DNA from: Thermodesulfovibrionales bacterium
GTDB taxonomy: Bacteria; Nitrospirota; Thermodesulfovibrionia; Thermodesulfovibrionales; SM23-35
NCBI GenBank assembly: GCA_963715195.1
Contig: CAVQRT010000003.1
Span: 32,001 to 96,000, forward strand
DNA length: 64,000 nucleotides
Direction: 5' to 3'
The notes beneath the pieces are model-generated. The model was given only the letters and a program-made list of their open reading frames with translations. It searched no databases and had not been told where the DNA came from. Positions 40,274 through 51,176 of this stretch are shown here, in pieces (the stretch's first letter is position 1; each line of letters starts with the position of its first letter). The position numbers were made by a program, and so were the translations under genes.

Positions 40274-41353
40274 ATGAAAGTTGCGATCATCGGACTGGCA
40301 AATGCAGGCAAGACAACAGTTTTCAATGCGCTGACCGGTCAGCACGTTGAGACCACGATCTACCCAACAACGTCGGGAGATCCGCATGTGGGAACTGTGA
40401 AAGTCCCTGATTCAAGGCTTGACAGTCTCTCTGCGGTCTTCAAACCAAAAAAGACCACACACGCAACAATAGAATATATTGACTTCATCGGACTGACCAA
40501 AGGCGACATCAAACAGAACAGGAAGGTTTTTGATCTCATCAAGGATGCAGACGCCATTGTACAGGTTGTCAGGTTATTTGACAATGATGCAGTCATTCAT
40601 CCGCTGGGAACCGTCAATGCCTCCCGTGACATTGAAACGGTTGAGCTTGAACTAATTTTTGGAGACCTTGAATTCATCGAAAAGCGTCTCGAGAGAATGG
40701 AGGAGGGGGTTAAGCGGGGGAAGAAACCCGATGAATCAGAGAAAAAATTCCTCTTGAAATGCAGGGACACCCTTATGAAAGAATTTCCTCTGAGAAATCT
40801 TGATTTCACCGGGGAAGATTTGCAGGTTATGAGACCTCTGCAATTCCTGTCAACTATTCCTGAAATCGTCGTCCTGAATCATGGTGAGCAGGATATCGGG
40901 AGTGGAACCGAAAAATTCCTGTTCAAAGAACTCTCAGCCAGATATCGTGAAACACCCTTCCTGCCGCTATGCGGAAAGATCGAGATGGAAATTGCCCAAC
41001 TCTCACTTGCGGACCGGAAGATGTTTCTTGATGACATGGGACTGAATGAACCCGCAGCGCATAAACTGATTCAGGCATGCTTCGATCTCCTCGGACTCAT
41101 GTCTTTTTTCACCTATGCCGGGGATGAAGTGCGGGCATGGACGATCAAAAGAGGCACGCCTGCACAGAAAGCAGCAGGCAAAGTTCACTCGGATATCGAA
41201 AGGGGATTTATCCGGGCAGAGGTCATCTCATTTGATGACTTCATCTCAGCAGGGGATATCCACAACGCCCGGGGAAAAGGGCTTGCGCGACTGGAGGGCA
41301 AGACGTACGAAGTAAAAGACGGTGATGTCATAAACTTCCGGTTCAATGTATAG
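40274..41353 (+). CDS. ychF: Redox-regulated ATPase YchF
   Basis: GLANAGKTT, AAGKVHSDIERGFIRAEV, EGKTYEVKDGDVINFRFNV. Confidence 0.95.
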   Translation: MKVAIIGLANAGKTTVFNALTGQHVETTIYPTTSGDPHVGTVKVPDSRLDSLSAVFKPKKTTHATIEYIDFIGLTKGDIKQNRKVFDLIKDADAIVQVVRLFDNDAVIHPLGTVNASRDIETVELELIFGDLEFIEKRLERMEEGVKRGKKPDESEKKFLLKCRDTLMKEFPLRNLDFTGEDLQVMRPLQFLSTIPEIVVLNHGEQDIGSGTEKFLFKELSARYRETPFLPLCGKIEMEIAQLSLADRKMFLDDMGLNEPAAHKLIQACFDLLGLMSFFTYAGDEVRAWTIKRGTPAQKAAGKVHSDIERGFIRAEVISFDDFISAGDIHNARGKGLARLEGKTYEVKDGDVINFRFNV

Positions 41354-41645
41354 GCTCACCCACTTGCAATAATATTCATTAAGTCATATCCATTGAATAG
41401 CAACAAATATAGTCGATACTTTCTTGATAAGCGGTGGAGTCACATATAGAAGAAATGCGCGCTACTAGTCGATAACACTTTTTGTGCCAGTCATTTCTAT
41501 TTTTCCATCTTAAACTTTACGATCTTAATCCTAAGATTGTTATACCCCAATAAAATTTAAATGTAATTATGATCATATTAATTAATGTTGAATTTTAATA
41601 TTGTTTGGTATAAGGCTTTGTTTTAATTAAATTCTTTTTAAATGC

Positions 41646-41690
41646 CCTACTTGGGTAGGGTTTACTTACTGATTTTTTTACAGAAACTAT
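41646..41690 (+). promoter_or_regulatory. Palindromic operator + promoter, copy 1
   Basis: CCTACTTGGGTAGG-G-TTTACT-N18-AACTAT upstream of the inhibitor/protease operon. Confidence 0.55.
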
Positions 41691-41769
41691 TTTCAAGATA
41701 CATATGAATACATCTTTTAGTGTTTCTTCGAACTTATTCCAAACTATTTTTTCTGAGTGGCAGGAAGAA

Positions 41770-42232
41770 AATGCAAATCGGAAATGAAAAATGCTCTTCA
41801 ATATCTGCACAAACTGGGTTACAACGAGTTTTCCTCTTTTTTCTTCTGAGTATTGCAATCATCTTTCCATATAGAGGGTTCTGTAATGGAGGAGTAATGA
41901 CAGGCGATGAGATCAGAATTGTTAATGAAAAGGATAATGGGAAAGAAGTCGAAGCCAAAGTCGGAGATGTGATACGGATTGAACTTGAATCATTGGGTAG
42001 TGCCGGATACAAATGGTTTATAGACAATGTAGACGCCAAGTATTTAGAGCTCATATCAGAAAAAACAGAGGCAACTGGAGATAAAGACAAAATAGGATCT
42101 CCTGTTATATCGATATGGCGTTTTAGATTACTTCAAAATGGCTTAACTGAGATCAAGATGTCTCATTATCGTGTGTGGGAAGGAAAGGAAAAGGCATCAG
42201 ATAGTTTTCATATAAAACTAAACATCCATTAA
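41770..42232 (+). CDS. Chagasin/I42 family cysteine protease inhibitor
   Basis: EKDNGKEVEAKVGDVIRIELESLGSAGYKW...IGSP...YRVWE matches the I42 loops (NPTTGYxW, GxG, RPWE); start uncertain. Confidence 0.8.
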
Positions 42233-42246
42233 AAAAGGAGGAGATT

Positions 42247-44433
42247 ATGTTTAGGAAAAAATTAATTGTTTTTGGACTTTTAATGGTTGCCGCTCTCTTT
42301 GTGTTCAGTGCAGTATCTTTTGCTGATGAATTGAGTGAAATCCGGGAAGCCATAAAGGCAAAAAAAGCGAAGTGGGTTGCCGGCAAAACATCAATGATGA
42401 TGCTCTCACCAGAAGAGAGAAGGATGCGTCTTGGTCTTGGTCACTTCAAGGGTATCCCTGAAGATGAGGGCATTCCGTACGAAGAGACATTTACTGCGGT
42501 TCCGGCAACCTTCGACTGGAGGAATATTGATGGAAATGGGAAAAGCTATGTAACCCCCGTCCGGAATCAAAGAAGCTGCGGAAGTTGCTGGGCGTTTGCT
42601 GCTGCGGCCGGACTTGAGTCGTATACTCTCATGACGGAGAATATGCCGAATATCAACCTGGATCTCGGAGAGCAGATACTTATTTCGTGTTATAACACGA
42701 ACGGATGCAGTGGGGGATCACCTTCTGGTGCATCATCTTACATCAAGACCACAGGATTGCCATTGGAGTCATGTTTTCCCTATGAGGCATATGACGCCAA
42801 TGACGGAGGGAACTCGGTTTTCTGCAGTGAAGCATGTGACAACTGGCAGCAGAATACATATAAAATTTTAGCCTACGGCTCCGTATCCAAAAATGTATCT
42901 GCAATCAAGGATGCACTCGTCAGTTACGGTCCTTTGGTGACAACGTTCAGTGTATATTCAGACTTTTACAGTTATAACGGTGGAATCTATTCTTATACCA
43001 CTGGTACGTATCAAGGCGGACATGCGGTACTAATCATAGGATATGATGATGGAAACCAGTGCTTTATCGTAAAAAACAGTTGGGGAACAGGTTGGGGTGA
43101 GGCCGGGTATTTCAGGATTGACTATAGTGAACTTAATACTGCAGTTAATTTTGGCGCTGGTACGCTCACCTATTATGGGTCTCTGGAAGTAGCTTGTTCA
43201 ATTCATGCTGAGTGCGATGACTCAAATGTATGCACAGCGGATGTTTGCATAAATTCAGGAACAGCCGAAGCTTATTGCTCGAATACACCACAGGCAGGAT
43301 CGTGTGATGACGGCTTGTTCTGTACAGTAAGCGATATATGTACAGATGGTTTGTGTAGTGGAGTAGCAAGAGTTTGTTCAGATGGTATAGCATGTACAAC
43401 AGATAGCTGCGATGAGGTAAATAATAATTGTATCCATGCACCTCAAGACTCACTTTGTGATGATGGCTTGTTCTGTAACGGGACAGAGCACTGTGACGCA
43501 ATGAATGACTGTGTGTCAACTGGTGATCCGTGTCCAGCAGGAACAACTTGTAATGAGACTGCAAATACCTGTTATTCAGATGCAGTTTGCGGCGATGGCG
43601 TAGTCGAAGGAATAGAGGAGTGTGATGATAGCAACAGGGCTGACGGCGACTGCTGTTCTTCAAACTGCACGCATGAGGCAAGTGGCAGTTCATGCTCAGA
43701 CGGGGAATTCTGTAACGGCGTTGAGACATGCGATGGTGCAGGGGTATGCCGGGCAGGCATGCCGGTAAGCTGTGATGATGGTGTTGATTGTACAGCTGAT
43801 TCCTGTAACGAAGCCACTAATCAGTGCGATAACACGCCAAATGATGCTGACTGTCCTGATGATGGCTCGTTCTGTAACGGGACAGAGCACTGTGATGCAA
43901 CGGGTGGCTGTCAGTCAACTGGCAATCCCTGTTCAGTGGGCAATGACTTGCAATGAAGAAACAGATATCTGTGACAGGCTGCTGGAGACGGAATATGTGA
44001 AGGACGGCCACTTGAGGACTGTAGCAGTTGTCCTTCTGATTGCCCTGGGAAGAATGTTGGTAAACCAAGCAAAAGATGGTGTTGTGGAGATGGAGATTGC
44101 CAAAGTGATCTGGGCGAAACAGCAACTATTTGCCCGGTAGATTGTGGTACACCGCCGTCACCGCCAGTTTGCGGCGACGGAACCTGTGATCCTAATGAGG
44201 ACACGTGCAATTGTTCAAAAGACTGCGGCGTGCAGGATTCTGTTGAGGTCACTTGCAATGACGGCATCGATAATGACTGTGACAGTTTTATCGACTGCAG
44301 CGACAGTGATTGCACCAGCGATTCAGCGTGCGACGGGCAATGCTCTCAGTTTAAACAACCATGCAATGCCGACTCTGACTGCTGCGCGGGTTTAACGTGC
44401 CATCCTAACAAAGGCTATTGCGATAGTAATTGA
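42247..44433 (+). CDS. Secreted papain-family (C1A) cysteine protease with long Cys-rich repeat tail; frameshifted near 43941-43982
   Basis: AGGAGG RBS; signal peptide; FDWR, NQRSCGSCWAFA, GGHAVLIIGY, KNSWG; Cys repeats continue through track ORFs 43772 and 44230 to TGA 44433. Confidence 0.9.
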
Positions 44434-44462
44434 CATTTGAAATTTTATGATCGAAATAGATG

Positions 44463-44494
44463 AAGGCAGAGTCAGCAATGGCTCTGCCTTTTTT
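44463..44494 (+). terminator. Intrinsic terminator after the protease
   Basis: AAGGCAGAGTCA-GCAA-TGGCTCTGCCTT-TTTT. Confidence 0.85.
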
Positions 44495-44690
44495 GTTTGT
44501 TTCATCATACATTAACGAATTGCTTGTTGCCGTGACAGTCAACAACAAACTTACTTGTGCCTTAGCGAAAAGCTGATAGCATCTTGCCTCACGCAAAAAT
44601 CTACTCGAAATGATACGTTGACTTGACTGTTCTGTTGCGTTACTCTAATGAACGAAAAAAGACTCCATCAAAAGAGGGAACCAGACCAGT

Positions 44691-45278
44691 ATGAAAGATA
44701 AAATCCGCAGGGTATTCGAAGAGAGCATTCAGGTTACGGAAAAATTCCTTGATGAAAAGAATATCGACAGAATCTGTGAGGTTTCAAAGGTCATTGCCGG
44801 CGCGTTCAATGACGGAAAGAAACTGATCCTGTTCGGCAATGGCGGGAGTTCTGCAGATGCCTCCCACATCGCAGCAGAGTTTATCAACCGGTTCAAACGG
44901 GAACGCCCGGGACTTCCGGCTATCGCCCTCAACACCGATATGGCAGTGATAACCTCGATCGCCAATGATTATGATTTTTCCGAGATATTCGCAAAGCAGC
45001 TGAAAGCAATCTCCGAAGAAGGCGATGTTGTCATCGCGATGAGCACCAGCGGGAATTCTCCGAATATCCTGAAGGCAATGGATGTCGCCAAGAAGAAGAA
45101 ACTCGTGACCATTGCTTTTACAGGCCTCAAGGGTGAGAAGTTTGCAGCGAAAGCACAGTATGCCTTTACCGTACCTTCAGATAGTACCCCCCGGATTCAG
45201 GAGACCCACATAACGCTCGGACATGTTATTTGCCAGATGGTTGAGGAAATCCTTTTCGAGGTGCCAAGAAAAAAATAA
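44691..45278 (+). CDS. gmhA: Phosphoheptose isomerase
   Basis: GNGGSSADASHIAAE, ANDY, STSGNS, PRIQETH. Confidence 0.95.
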   Translation: MKDKIRRVFEESIQVTEKFLDEKNIDRICEVSKVIAGAFNDGKKLILFGNGGSSADASHIAAEFINRFKRERPGLPAIALNTDMAVITSIANDYDFSEIFAKQLKAISEEGDVVIAMSTSGNSPNILKAMDVAKKKKLVTIAFTGLKGEKFAAKAQYAFTVPSDSTPRIQETHITLGHVICQMVEEILFEVPRKK

Positions 45279-45294
45279 TGATTCTTTCTGCTTG

Positions 45295-45780
45295 ATGATC
45301 ATTCTCGGGATAGACCCAGGTCTGACAACGACAGGATTCGGCGGAATTCTCTGTAATAATGCCACCCCTTCCCTGCTCACGTGCGGATCCATAAAAACTG
45401 TCCCTCGGGATCATATCTCCCGGAGGCTGTTTCAGATCCACACGGATATCAATACACTCATTCATTCCCTCCGGCCTGATTTGGTAGCAGTTGAGAATGC
45501 GTTCTCGCTCGTGAGGTATCCCAGGGCCGGTATATTATTGGGCGGAGTTTTGGGTATTATATATCTGTCCGTTTTCAACCATAGGGTATCCATGGTTGAA
45601 CTGACGCCGAGAGAAGTAAAGAAGGCCCTGGCAGGCTTTGGTGGAGCAGGGAAAGTGCAGATGAAATCCGCTGTCGAGCGTTTACTGAATATCGACGATA
45701 TACAGTCATCACATGCTTCTGATGCACTCGCTGTTGCGCTGACCGCATTTTACCGGAAAAGTACGAGAGTGAAACGGTGA
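45295..45780 (+). CDS. ruvC: Crossover junction endodeoxyribonuclease
   Basis: ILGIDPG, VAVE, VKKALAGFGGAGK, SDALAVA. Confidence 0.93.
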   Translation: MIILGIDPGLTTTGFGGILCNNATPSLLTCGSIKTVPRDHISRRLFQIHTDINTLIHSLRPDLVAVENAFSLVRYPRAGILLGGVLGIIYLSVFNHRVSMVELTPREVKKALAGFGGAGKVQMKSAVERLLNIDDIQSSHASDALAVALTAFYRKSTRVKR

Positions 45781-46397
45781 TTTCTTACCTCAAAGGAACC
45801 ATGCAAAAGAGTTACGCCCACGATGACAGGATAACACTGATTGTCAACGGCGTTGGGTATGAGATACTGATACCGGCCTTCGTGATGAAGAAGATAAAAC
45901 ACGAAAACCCTGAAGGCAGTGCGCTGGAACTCTTTCTTTCCTATAATCAGACTGAGCGACAACCGAAACCTGTTCTTGTCGGCTTCCAGTCACCTCTGGA
46001 CAAGGAATTTTTCGAGCTCTTTATCTCCGTGGAAGATATCGGTCCAGCCGCAGCGGTTAAAGCTCTCACGAAACCAATAAGAGACATCGCCCGTTCGATC
46101 GAGGATAAAGATACAAAGGCTTTAAAACAGTTAAAAGGAATAGGCGAAAGAAAAGCCGAAAAGATCATTGCAACGCTCAAAGGCAAAGTTGCAAAATATG
46201 CACTTATGCCGGAAGTTGAGATTGCGCCTGAAGTCGTTGAGGACTTCCGGAAAGAAGTAGCGGATGTCCTCGTCAACCAACTCGGTCACAAGCACCTGGA
46301 AGCCCGAACAATGATCGAAGAGGCAATGAAGAGAAATCCGGGGATAAGTTCTTCTGAGGAATTATTCGAGGAAGTTTACCGGGGACAGAAGACATGA
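45777..46397 (+). CDS. ruvA: Holliday junction branch migration protein
   Basis: [28 protein letters not shown]; lies between ruvC and ruvB. Confidence 0.93.
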   Translation: MISYLKGTMQKSYAHDDRITLIVNGVGYEILIPAFVMKKIKHENPEGSALELFLSYNQTERQPKPVLVGFQSPLDKEFFELFISVEDIGPAAAVKALTKPIRDIARSIEDKDTKALKQLKGIGERKAEKIIATLKGKVAKYALMPEVEIAPEVVEDFRKEVADVLVNQLGHKHLEARTMIEEAMKRNPGISSSEELFEEVYRGQKT

Positions 46398-47455
46398 TAC
46401 ACGAAGAATCCAACCAGGCTGATATGCTCCGGGATAATAATCCCCAGGATGAAGAACTGATTTTTTCTTTGCGGCCGGTTCATATTGCAGAGTATATAGG
46501 GCAACGGAATATTGTCGAAACTCTGAATATAGCAATTGAAGCGGCATTGCAAAGGAAAGAAGCGTTGGATCATGTGCTCTTTAACGGGCCCCCGGGGCTC
46601 GGGAAGACAACTCTGGCACATATCATAGCAAACGAGATGGGGACAAAGATTATCACCTCTTCAGGTCCTGCCCTGGAGAAAGGCGGGGATCTCATGGGAA
46701 TTCTTACTCATCTCGAAAGAGGCGACATTCTTTTCATCGATGAAATACACAGGATACCGAAAATTGTTGAGGAATTCCTCTACCCGGCCATGGAAGATTT
46801 TGCGGTGGATTTCATATTCGACAAGGGTGTGCATGCGCGGACCCACCGGTACAGGCTCGAACCGTTCACCCTGATTGGCGCAACGACACGTTCCGGACTT
46901 CTTTCCTCTCCCTTAAGGGAGCGTTTCGGTATCACCCGTGACCTTGATTTTTACGATGAGAGCGATCTCATTCTCATCATAAAGCGTTCCGCGTCGATTC
47001 TTGAGATACCAGTAGATCATGAAGGGGCTTATGAGATAGCCCGCAGGGCACGGGGCACTCCTCGTGTTGCCAACAGGCTCCTGAAAAGGGTCCGTGATTA
47101 TGCCCAGGTAAGAGCCGATGGAAGCATAACGCATGCAGTTGCCAGGGAGGCATTGGCCTTGGAGGGAATAGACGAATTTGGACTGGGAGTAACAGACAGA
47201 AAGCTCCTCAGTACAATCATTTTCAACTACAAAGGCGGCCCGGCCGGGATAGAAGCGCTCGCATCCACTCTGCAAATAGAAACCGACGTCCTGCTTGATG
47301 TCATTGAGCCGTTTTTGCTCAAAACAGGATTCGTTATAAGAACGTCACAGGGAAGAAAGGCCACGGAAAAGGCATACGCCCTTCTTGATATCCCGTTCAA
47401 ACATGAAATGAGTCTGTTCGCGGGCGGCAAAGGCAAACGGGAACCGCAGTCATGA
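46394..47455 (+). CDS. ruvB: Holliday junction branch migration helicase
   Basis: [34 protein letters not shown]. Confidence 0.97.
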   Translation: MIHEESNQADMLRDNNPQDEELIFSLRPVHIAEYIGQRNIVETLNIAIEAALQRKEALDHVLFNGPPGLGKTTLAHIIANEMGTKIITSSGPALEKGGDLMGILTHLERGDILFIDEIHRIPKIVEEFLYPAMEDFAVDFIFDKGVHARTHRYRLEPFTLIGATTRSGLLSSPLRERFGITRDLDFYDESDLILIIKRSASILEIPVDHEGAYEIARRARGTPRVANRLLKRVRDYAQVRADGSITHAVAREALALEGIDEFGLGVTDRKLLSTIIFNYKGGPAGIEALASTLQIETDVLLDVIEPFLLKTGFVIRTSQGRKATEKAYALLDIPFKHEMSLFAGGKGKREPQS

Positions 47456-48039
47456 AGCTCCTCATGCATATCTGCTGTTCAAACTGCTTTCTGTATCCTC
47501 TGCAAGCCCTGTCATCAAGAAATATTGCTATCAGAGGCTTCTGGTACAATCCGAACATCCATCCGTATACTGAATATGCACTTCGTCTGGAATCACTCCG
47601 GCGGCTGCAAAATGAATGGAACCTTGACATTGAATACGCCGACGCGTACGGTCTGAAAGAATTCTTAAGAGCGGTCGTGAATGAGGAGGACAAGAGATGT
47701 TCTGTCTGCTATACCATGCGGCTTGAAGAGACAGCCTCAACAGCAAAGCGAATGGGACTCGATGGGTTCACGACCACACTCCTCGTCAGCCCGTATCAGA
47801 AGTTTGACACCATCGTGAGTATCGGGAAGGAGGCCGGAGAAAAGTATGCAATCCCGTTTTATGCTGAAGATTTCAGACCGGGATGGAAAGAAGGCATGAA
47901 AATATCAAGGGAGCTCGGACTTTACCGGCAGAAGTACTGCGGCTGTATTTATTCTGAAATGGAACGATACACCAAGAAACCTCAGATAGTAGACAAGGGA
48001 AATTTAACACCCAGTATGCTGGTGAAAAACCCCCTTTGA
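47452..48039 (+). CDS. queH: Epoxyqueuosine reductase QueH
   Basis: [42 protein letters not shown]. Confidence 0.9.
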   Translation: MKLLMHICCSNCFLYPLQALSSRNIAIRGFWYNPNIHPYTEYALRLESLRRLQNEWNLDIEYADAYGLKEFLRAVVNEEDKRCSVCYTMRLEETASTAKRMGLDGFTTTLLVSPYQKFDTIVSIGKEAGEKYAIPFYAEDFRPGWKEGMKISRELGLYRQKYCGCIYSEMERYTKKPQIVDKGNLTPSMLVKNPL

Positions 48040-48044
48040 CAAAT

Positions 48045-48081
48045 TGTCTTGCTGAGTTTATTTCCCACGCTCAGGGTGACA
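48045..48081. repeat. Degenerate palindromic element related to that at 2778
   Basis: TGTCTTGCTGAG...CTCAGGGTGACA. Confidence 0.4.
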
Positions 48082-48141
48082 CAAAAAGGCACTTTTTCAG
48101 TAACCTTTTAAAACTGACAACTGATAGGGAACAGGAAAATC

Positions 48142-48369
48142 ATGGTTGACGGGATACAAAACGCCGGGAAATTGCTCATTGTTCTCGGGATCATCATCAT
48201 TGCCCTTGGAGGACTGCTGCTCTTTTCTGGGAAAATCCCCTGGATCGGCAGACTGCCCGGTGATATTCTGATTCAAAAAAAACATTATACGGTTTATTTC
48301 CCGCTCGCAACAAGCATTATCATAAGTCTGATTATCACCCTTATTTTTTGGATTTTCGGGAGAAGATAA
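48142..48369 (+). CDS. DUF2905 family small membrane protein
   Basis: IGRLPGDI...YFPLATSIIIS. Confidence 0.88.
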   Translation: MVDGIQNAGKLLIVLGIIIIALGGLLLFSGKIPWIGRLPGDILIQKKHYTVYFPLATSIIISLIITLIFWIFGRR

Positions 48370-49391
48370 TGATAAAATCCTTCTGCAAACAGCATACAAA
48401 ATTCATCATCCTTTGCATGCTTATTTCATTTTGTTTTCTTCATTTTCCCTCGTTCGCTTCAGATTCTTCTGCAAACAGCATCAAAATTCTGATCGTGAAT
48501 GAAATCTATCCAAAAATCCCTTCGAGGAATGAGAAAATTGAAAAACTCGGCTCCGTGCAGGGGGAACTCCTTGTCATGGGGTCGCGCTATGCCGGCAATA
48601 TCGATGTGTGGAAGGGTGAGAACGGTTTGTATATCATCAATGAACTGCCGCTCGAGGAGTATGTCAGGGATGTGGTTGCCGCAGAGATCAGTCCTGAATG
48701 GGATATGGAGGCATTGAAGGCACAGGCCGTTGTATCACGAACATACGCCCTCTATCAAAAGACCAAGAACGGCAATTCCCTGTATCACCTCGCATCATCT
48801 GTCCTCCATCAGGTCTACAAAGGGAAAAATACCGACATGCGAATAGCTTACGCTGTTTCAGCGACAACCGGTGAGGTGCTCACGTTTGACGGCACAATTA
48901 TTGAATCCCTCTATCATTCAACCTGTGGCGGAAAAACAGAAAATCCCGGAGAGGTCTTCGCGAAAAATTATCCGTATATGAAATCCGTTGAATCGAACTG
49001 CGACCTGTCACCATATTCGGTGTGGGAGCGGAATATCAGGCTCGATGAAATAGAAAAAGCCCTCGCTATAGAACATATTCAGGATATCAGTATCGAAGCC
49101 TACACATCCACGAACCGTGTCAGGCAGCTGAGCATAAAATCCGGCTTCGGCATCACCACAGTGAACGCAACCGATTTTAGGAAGGCACTCGGTTGGAACC
49201 GGCTCCCGAGTACAAACTTCACCCTCACGCGCACCGGCAGGGAAATTACCTTCCAGGGAAGGGGCTATGGTCATGGCGTCGGCCTCTGCCAGTGGTGTAT
49301 GCTGAGAATGGCACGTGAAGGGAAAAAATATGCGGAAATTCTGTCTTTTTTCTACCCCGGTACGACAATCCAGCTGTATGAAAACCGCTGA
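48369..49391 (+). CDS. SpoIID/LytB domain protein
   Basis: LEEYVRDVVAAE, ALKAQAVVSRTYA, YHSTCGG, GYGHGVGLCQ, FYPG. Confidence 0.92.
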   Translation: MIKSFCKQHTKFIILCMLISFCFLHFPSFASDSSANSIKILIVNEIYPKIPSRNEKIEKLGSVQGELLVMGSRYAGNIDVWKGENGLYIINELPLEEYVRDVVAAEISPEWDMEALKAQAVVSRTYALYQKTKNGNSLYHLASSVLHQVYKGKNTDMRIAYAVSATTGEVLTFDGTIIESLYHSTCGGKTENPGEVFAKNYPYMKSVESNCDLSPYSVWERNIRLDEIEKALAIEHIQDISIEAYTSTNRVRQLSIKSGFGITTVNATDFRKALGWNRLPSTNFTLTRTGREITFQGRGYGHGVGLCQWCMLRMAREGKKYAEILSFFYPGTTIQLYENR

Positions 49392-50454
49392 TTTCGACTA
49401 TGTTCTTCCCGAATTCCTGATCGCAGAAAAACCCCTAAAAGAGCGCTCTGTTTCCAGGCTTCTCGTGCTCCACCGGAACGGAAGGACAGAACACCGGCAT
49501 TTTTTCGATCTTCCCTCATACCTTGAGCAGGGAGATACCCTCATCATCAACAACACAAAGGTTTTTCCAGCGCGGCTCACCGGCACAAAAAAAAACGGTA
49601 AAACCCTGGATATCCTCCTCGTGAAAGAAGAATTCCCCGGTACCTGGGAGGTACTTTCGAAGGGAAATTTTTCCGGCAGACTGAGGATATCAGAAGAACT
49701 CGAGGTAGATCTGCAGAGGGGGACATCGGCCCGCTTTCAGTATTCCGGGGATCTTATGGATCTCATATGGAAATATGGGGATATGCCTCTCCCACCCTAT
49801 ATCGGGCGTTCACCTGATCAGTCAGACAAGCAGGCGTACCAGACAGTTTATGCCACAAAAGAAGGTTCCATCGCTGCGCCTACCGCCGGCCTTCATTTCA
49901 CCGGACCCCTTCTCGAAGCTATTGCCTCGAAGGGGGTCAAAATCAGGGAACTCACCCTGCATGTTGGTGTCGGCACATTCAGACCGGTACGAACAAAAAT
50001 GGCAGAAGATCATTGTATGGAAAGGGAATACTTTGAGATCTCAAAGGCAATGATTGCTGAGATACGGGAAGCAAAAGCTGCCAGGAAACGTGTTATTGCA
50101 GTCGGGACAACAACAACGCGTTCCCTGGAGGGGTATTTCAGCGGCAGATTCAACAACGGTTCAAAAATACGATCCTCCCCTGTTTCGCACCCGGAGTCGG
50201 CAGCGCATGATACTCGCGGAGAAGAGATGATGCCTTCCCGCTTCATTGCGGGCACTACAGATATCTTTATCTCGCCGGGGTATGCATTTCAGGTTATCGA
50301 TTCTCTCGTCACCAACTTCCATCTGCCTCGCTCGACTCCCCTTATGCTGGTATCTGCCCTCGCAGGAAGGGAAATGATCCTCACTGCATACAACGAGGCG
50401 ATCTCGAACGGGTATAGATTTCTCTCATATGGTGATGCTATGCTTATCTTATGA
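49378..50454 (+). CDS. queA: tRNA preQ1 S-adenosylmethionine ribosyltransferase-isomerase
   Basis: FDYVLP, PLPPYI, AAPTAGLHF, LHVGVGTF, TNFHLP, FLSYGDAMLI. Confidence 0.96.
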   Translation: MKTADFDYVLPEFLIAEKPLKERSVSRLLVLHRNGRTEHRHFFDLPSYLEQGDTLIINNTKVFPARLTGTKKNGKTLDILLVKEEFPGTWEVLSKGNFSGRLRISEELEVDLQRGTSARFQYSGDLMDLIWKYGDMPLPPYIGRSPDQSDKQAYQTVYATKEGSIAAPTAGLHFTGPLLEAIASKGVKIRELTLHVGVGTFRPVRTKMAEDHCMEREYFEISKAMIAEIREAKAARKRVIAVGTTTTRSLEGYFSGRFNNGSKIRSSPVSHPESAAHDTRGEEMMPSRFIAGTTDIFISPGYAFQVIDSLVTNFHLPRSTPLMLVSALAGREMILTAYNEAISNGYRFLSYGDAMLIL

Positions 50455-51176
50455 AACGGGGTGATGTTCGGAAGCCCTCTTCGGTCTTTTATATCGGGAA
50501 GGGATTGATTGTTGCGTCGATCGTGATTACCGCTTCCCTCGGTTTTCTGCTCGGTTTTTTTGTCGGGAAAAAATTCCAACCTCTATCGGAAACCCAATCG
50601 GCAAGCATGGTCCTCCCTGAAGGACCGGACCAGTTTCCTCAGGAAGCACCGGGGAAGGAATCGTTGCCGCAACAGCCTGAATTATCCCGGGAGCAGAATG
50701 ATAAACCGCTGAATGAGCAGCAGGAGACCACGCCCGTCAAAGCGCTTCGGGACACGGGTACAATCCCTTCAGAAAAACGTCATGATAAGCCGCAATCGAC
50801 GCCTTCATCGAAGACAACACACGTGCAGGAAACAAAGCCGGCGTCCGGGTCCTCTCAGACGAAACAAACAGCTATCTCCACAGACAAACTACAGCCCACA
50901 GTGACTTCCGTGACACGGAAATATACGGTTCAAATCGGTGCTTTCAAAAACCCTGAGGAGGCAGATGCACTCAGGAACAGAATGAGCAAGAAAGGATACA
51001 AGGCATTCGTCACTACAGCGAAGACGAAAAAACAGGAAATATTGCACAAGGTAATGGTGGGCACTTACACGACCAGGAAAGAAGCAGAGGTTTTATCGAT
51101 TAAACTCAAGAATTCCGAAGGTTTGCGCACGTTCGTCACTTTTTTCATGCAGGAGGGGACAACACGTCACCGGTAG
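50451..51176 (+). CDS. SPOR domain cell-division protein (DedD/FtsN-like)
   Basis: N-terminal TM helix, low-complexity linker, YTVQIGAFKN...HKVMVG. Confidence 0.88.
   Translation: MKRGDVRKPSSVFYIGKGLIVASIVITASLGFLLGFFVGKKFQPLSETQSASMVLPEGPDQFPQEAPGKESLPQQPELSREQNDKPLNEQQETTPVKALRDTGTIPSEKRHDKPQSTPSSKTTHVQETKPASGSSQTKQTAISTDKLQPTVTSVTRKYTVQIGAFKNPEEADALRNRMSKKGYKAFVTTAKTKKQEILHKVMVGTYTTRKEAEVLSIKLKNSEGLRTFVTFFMQEGTTRHR

Noticed and set aside
43180..43930. DNA direct repeats (TTCTGTAACGGGACAGAGCACTGTGA) as a CRISPR array
   Set aside because: They are in-frame protein repeats of the Cys-rich tail, irregularly spaced, with no cas genes
44500..44690. Possible riboswitch upstream of gmhA
   Set aside because: Only short hairpins; I could not match any known aptamer consensus
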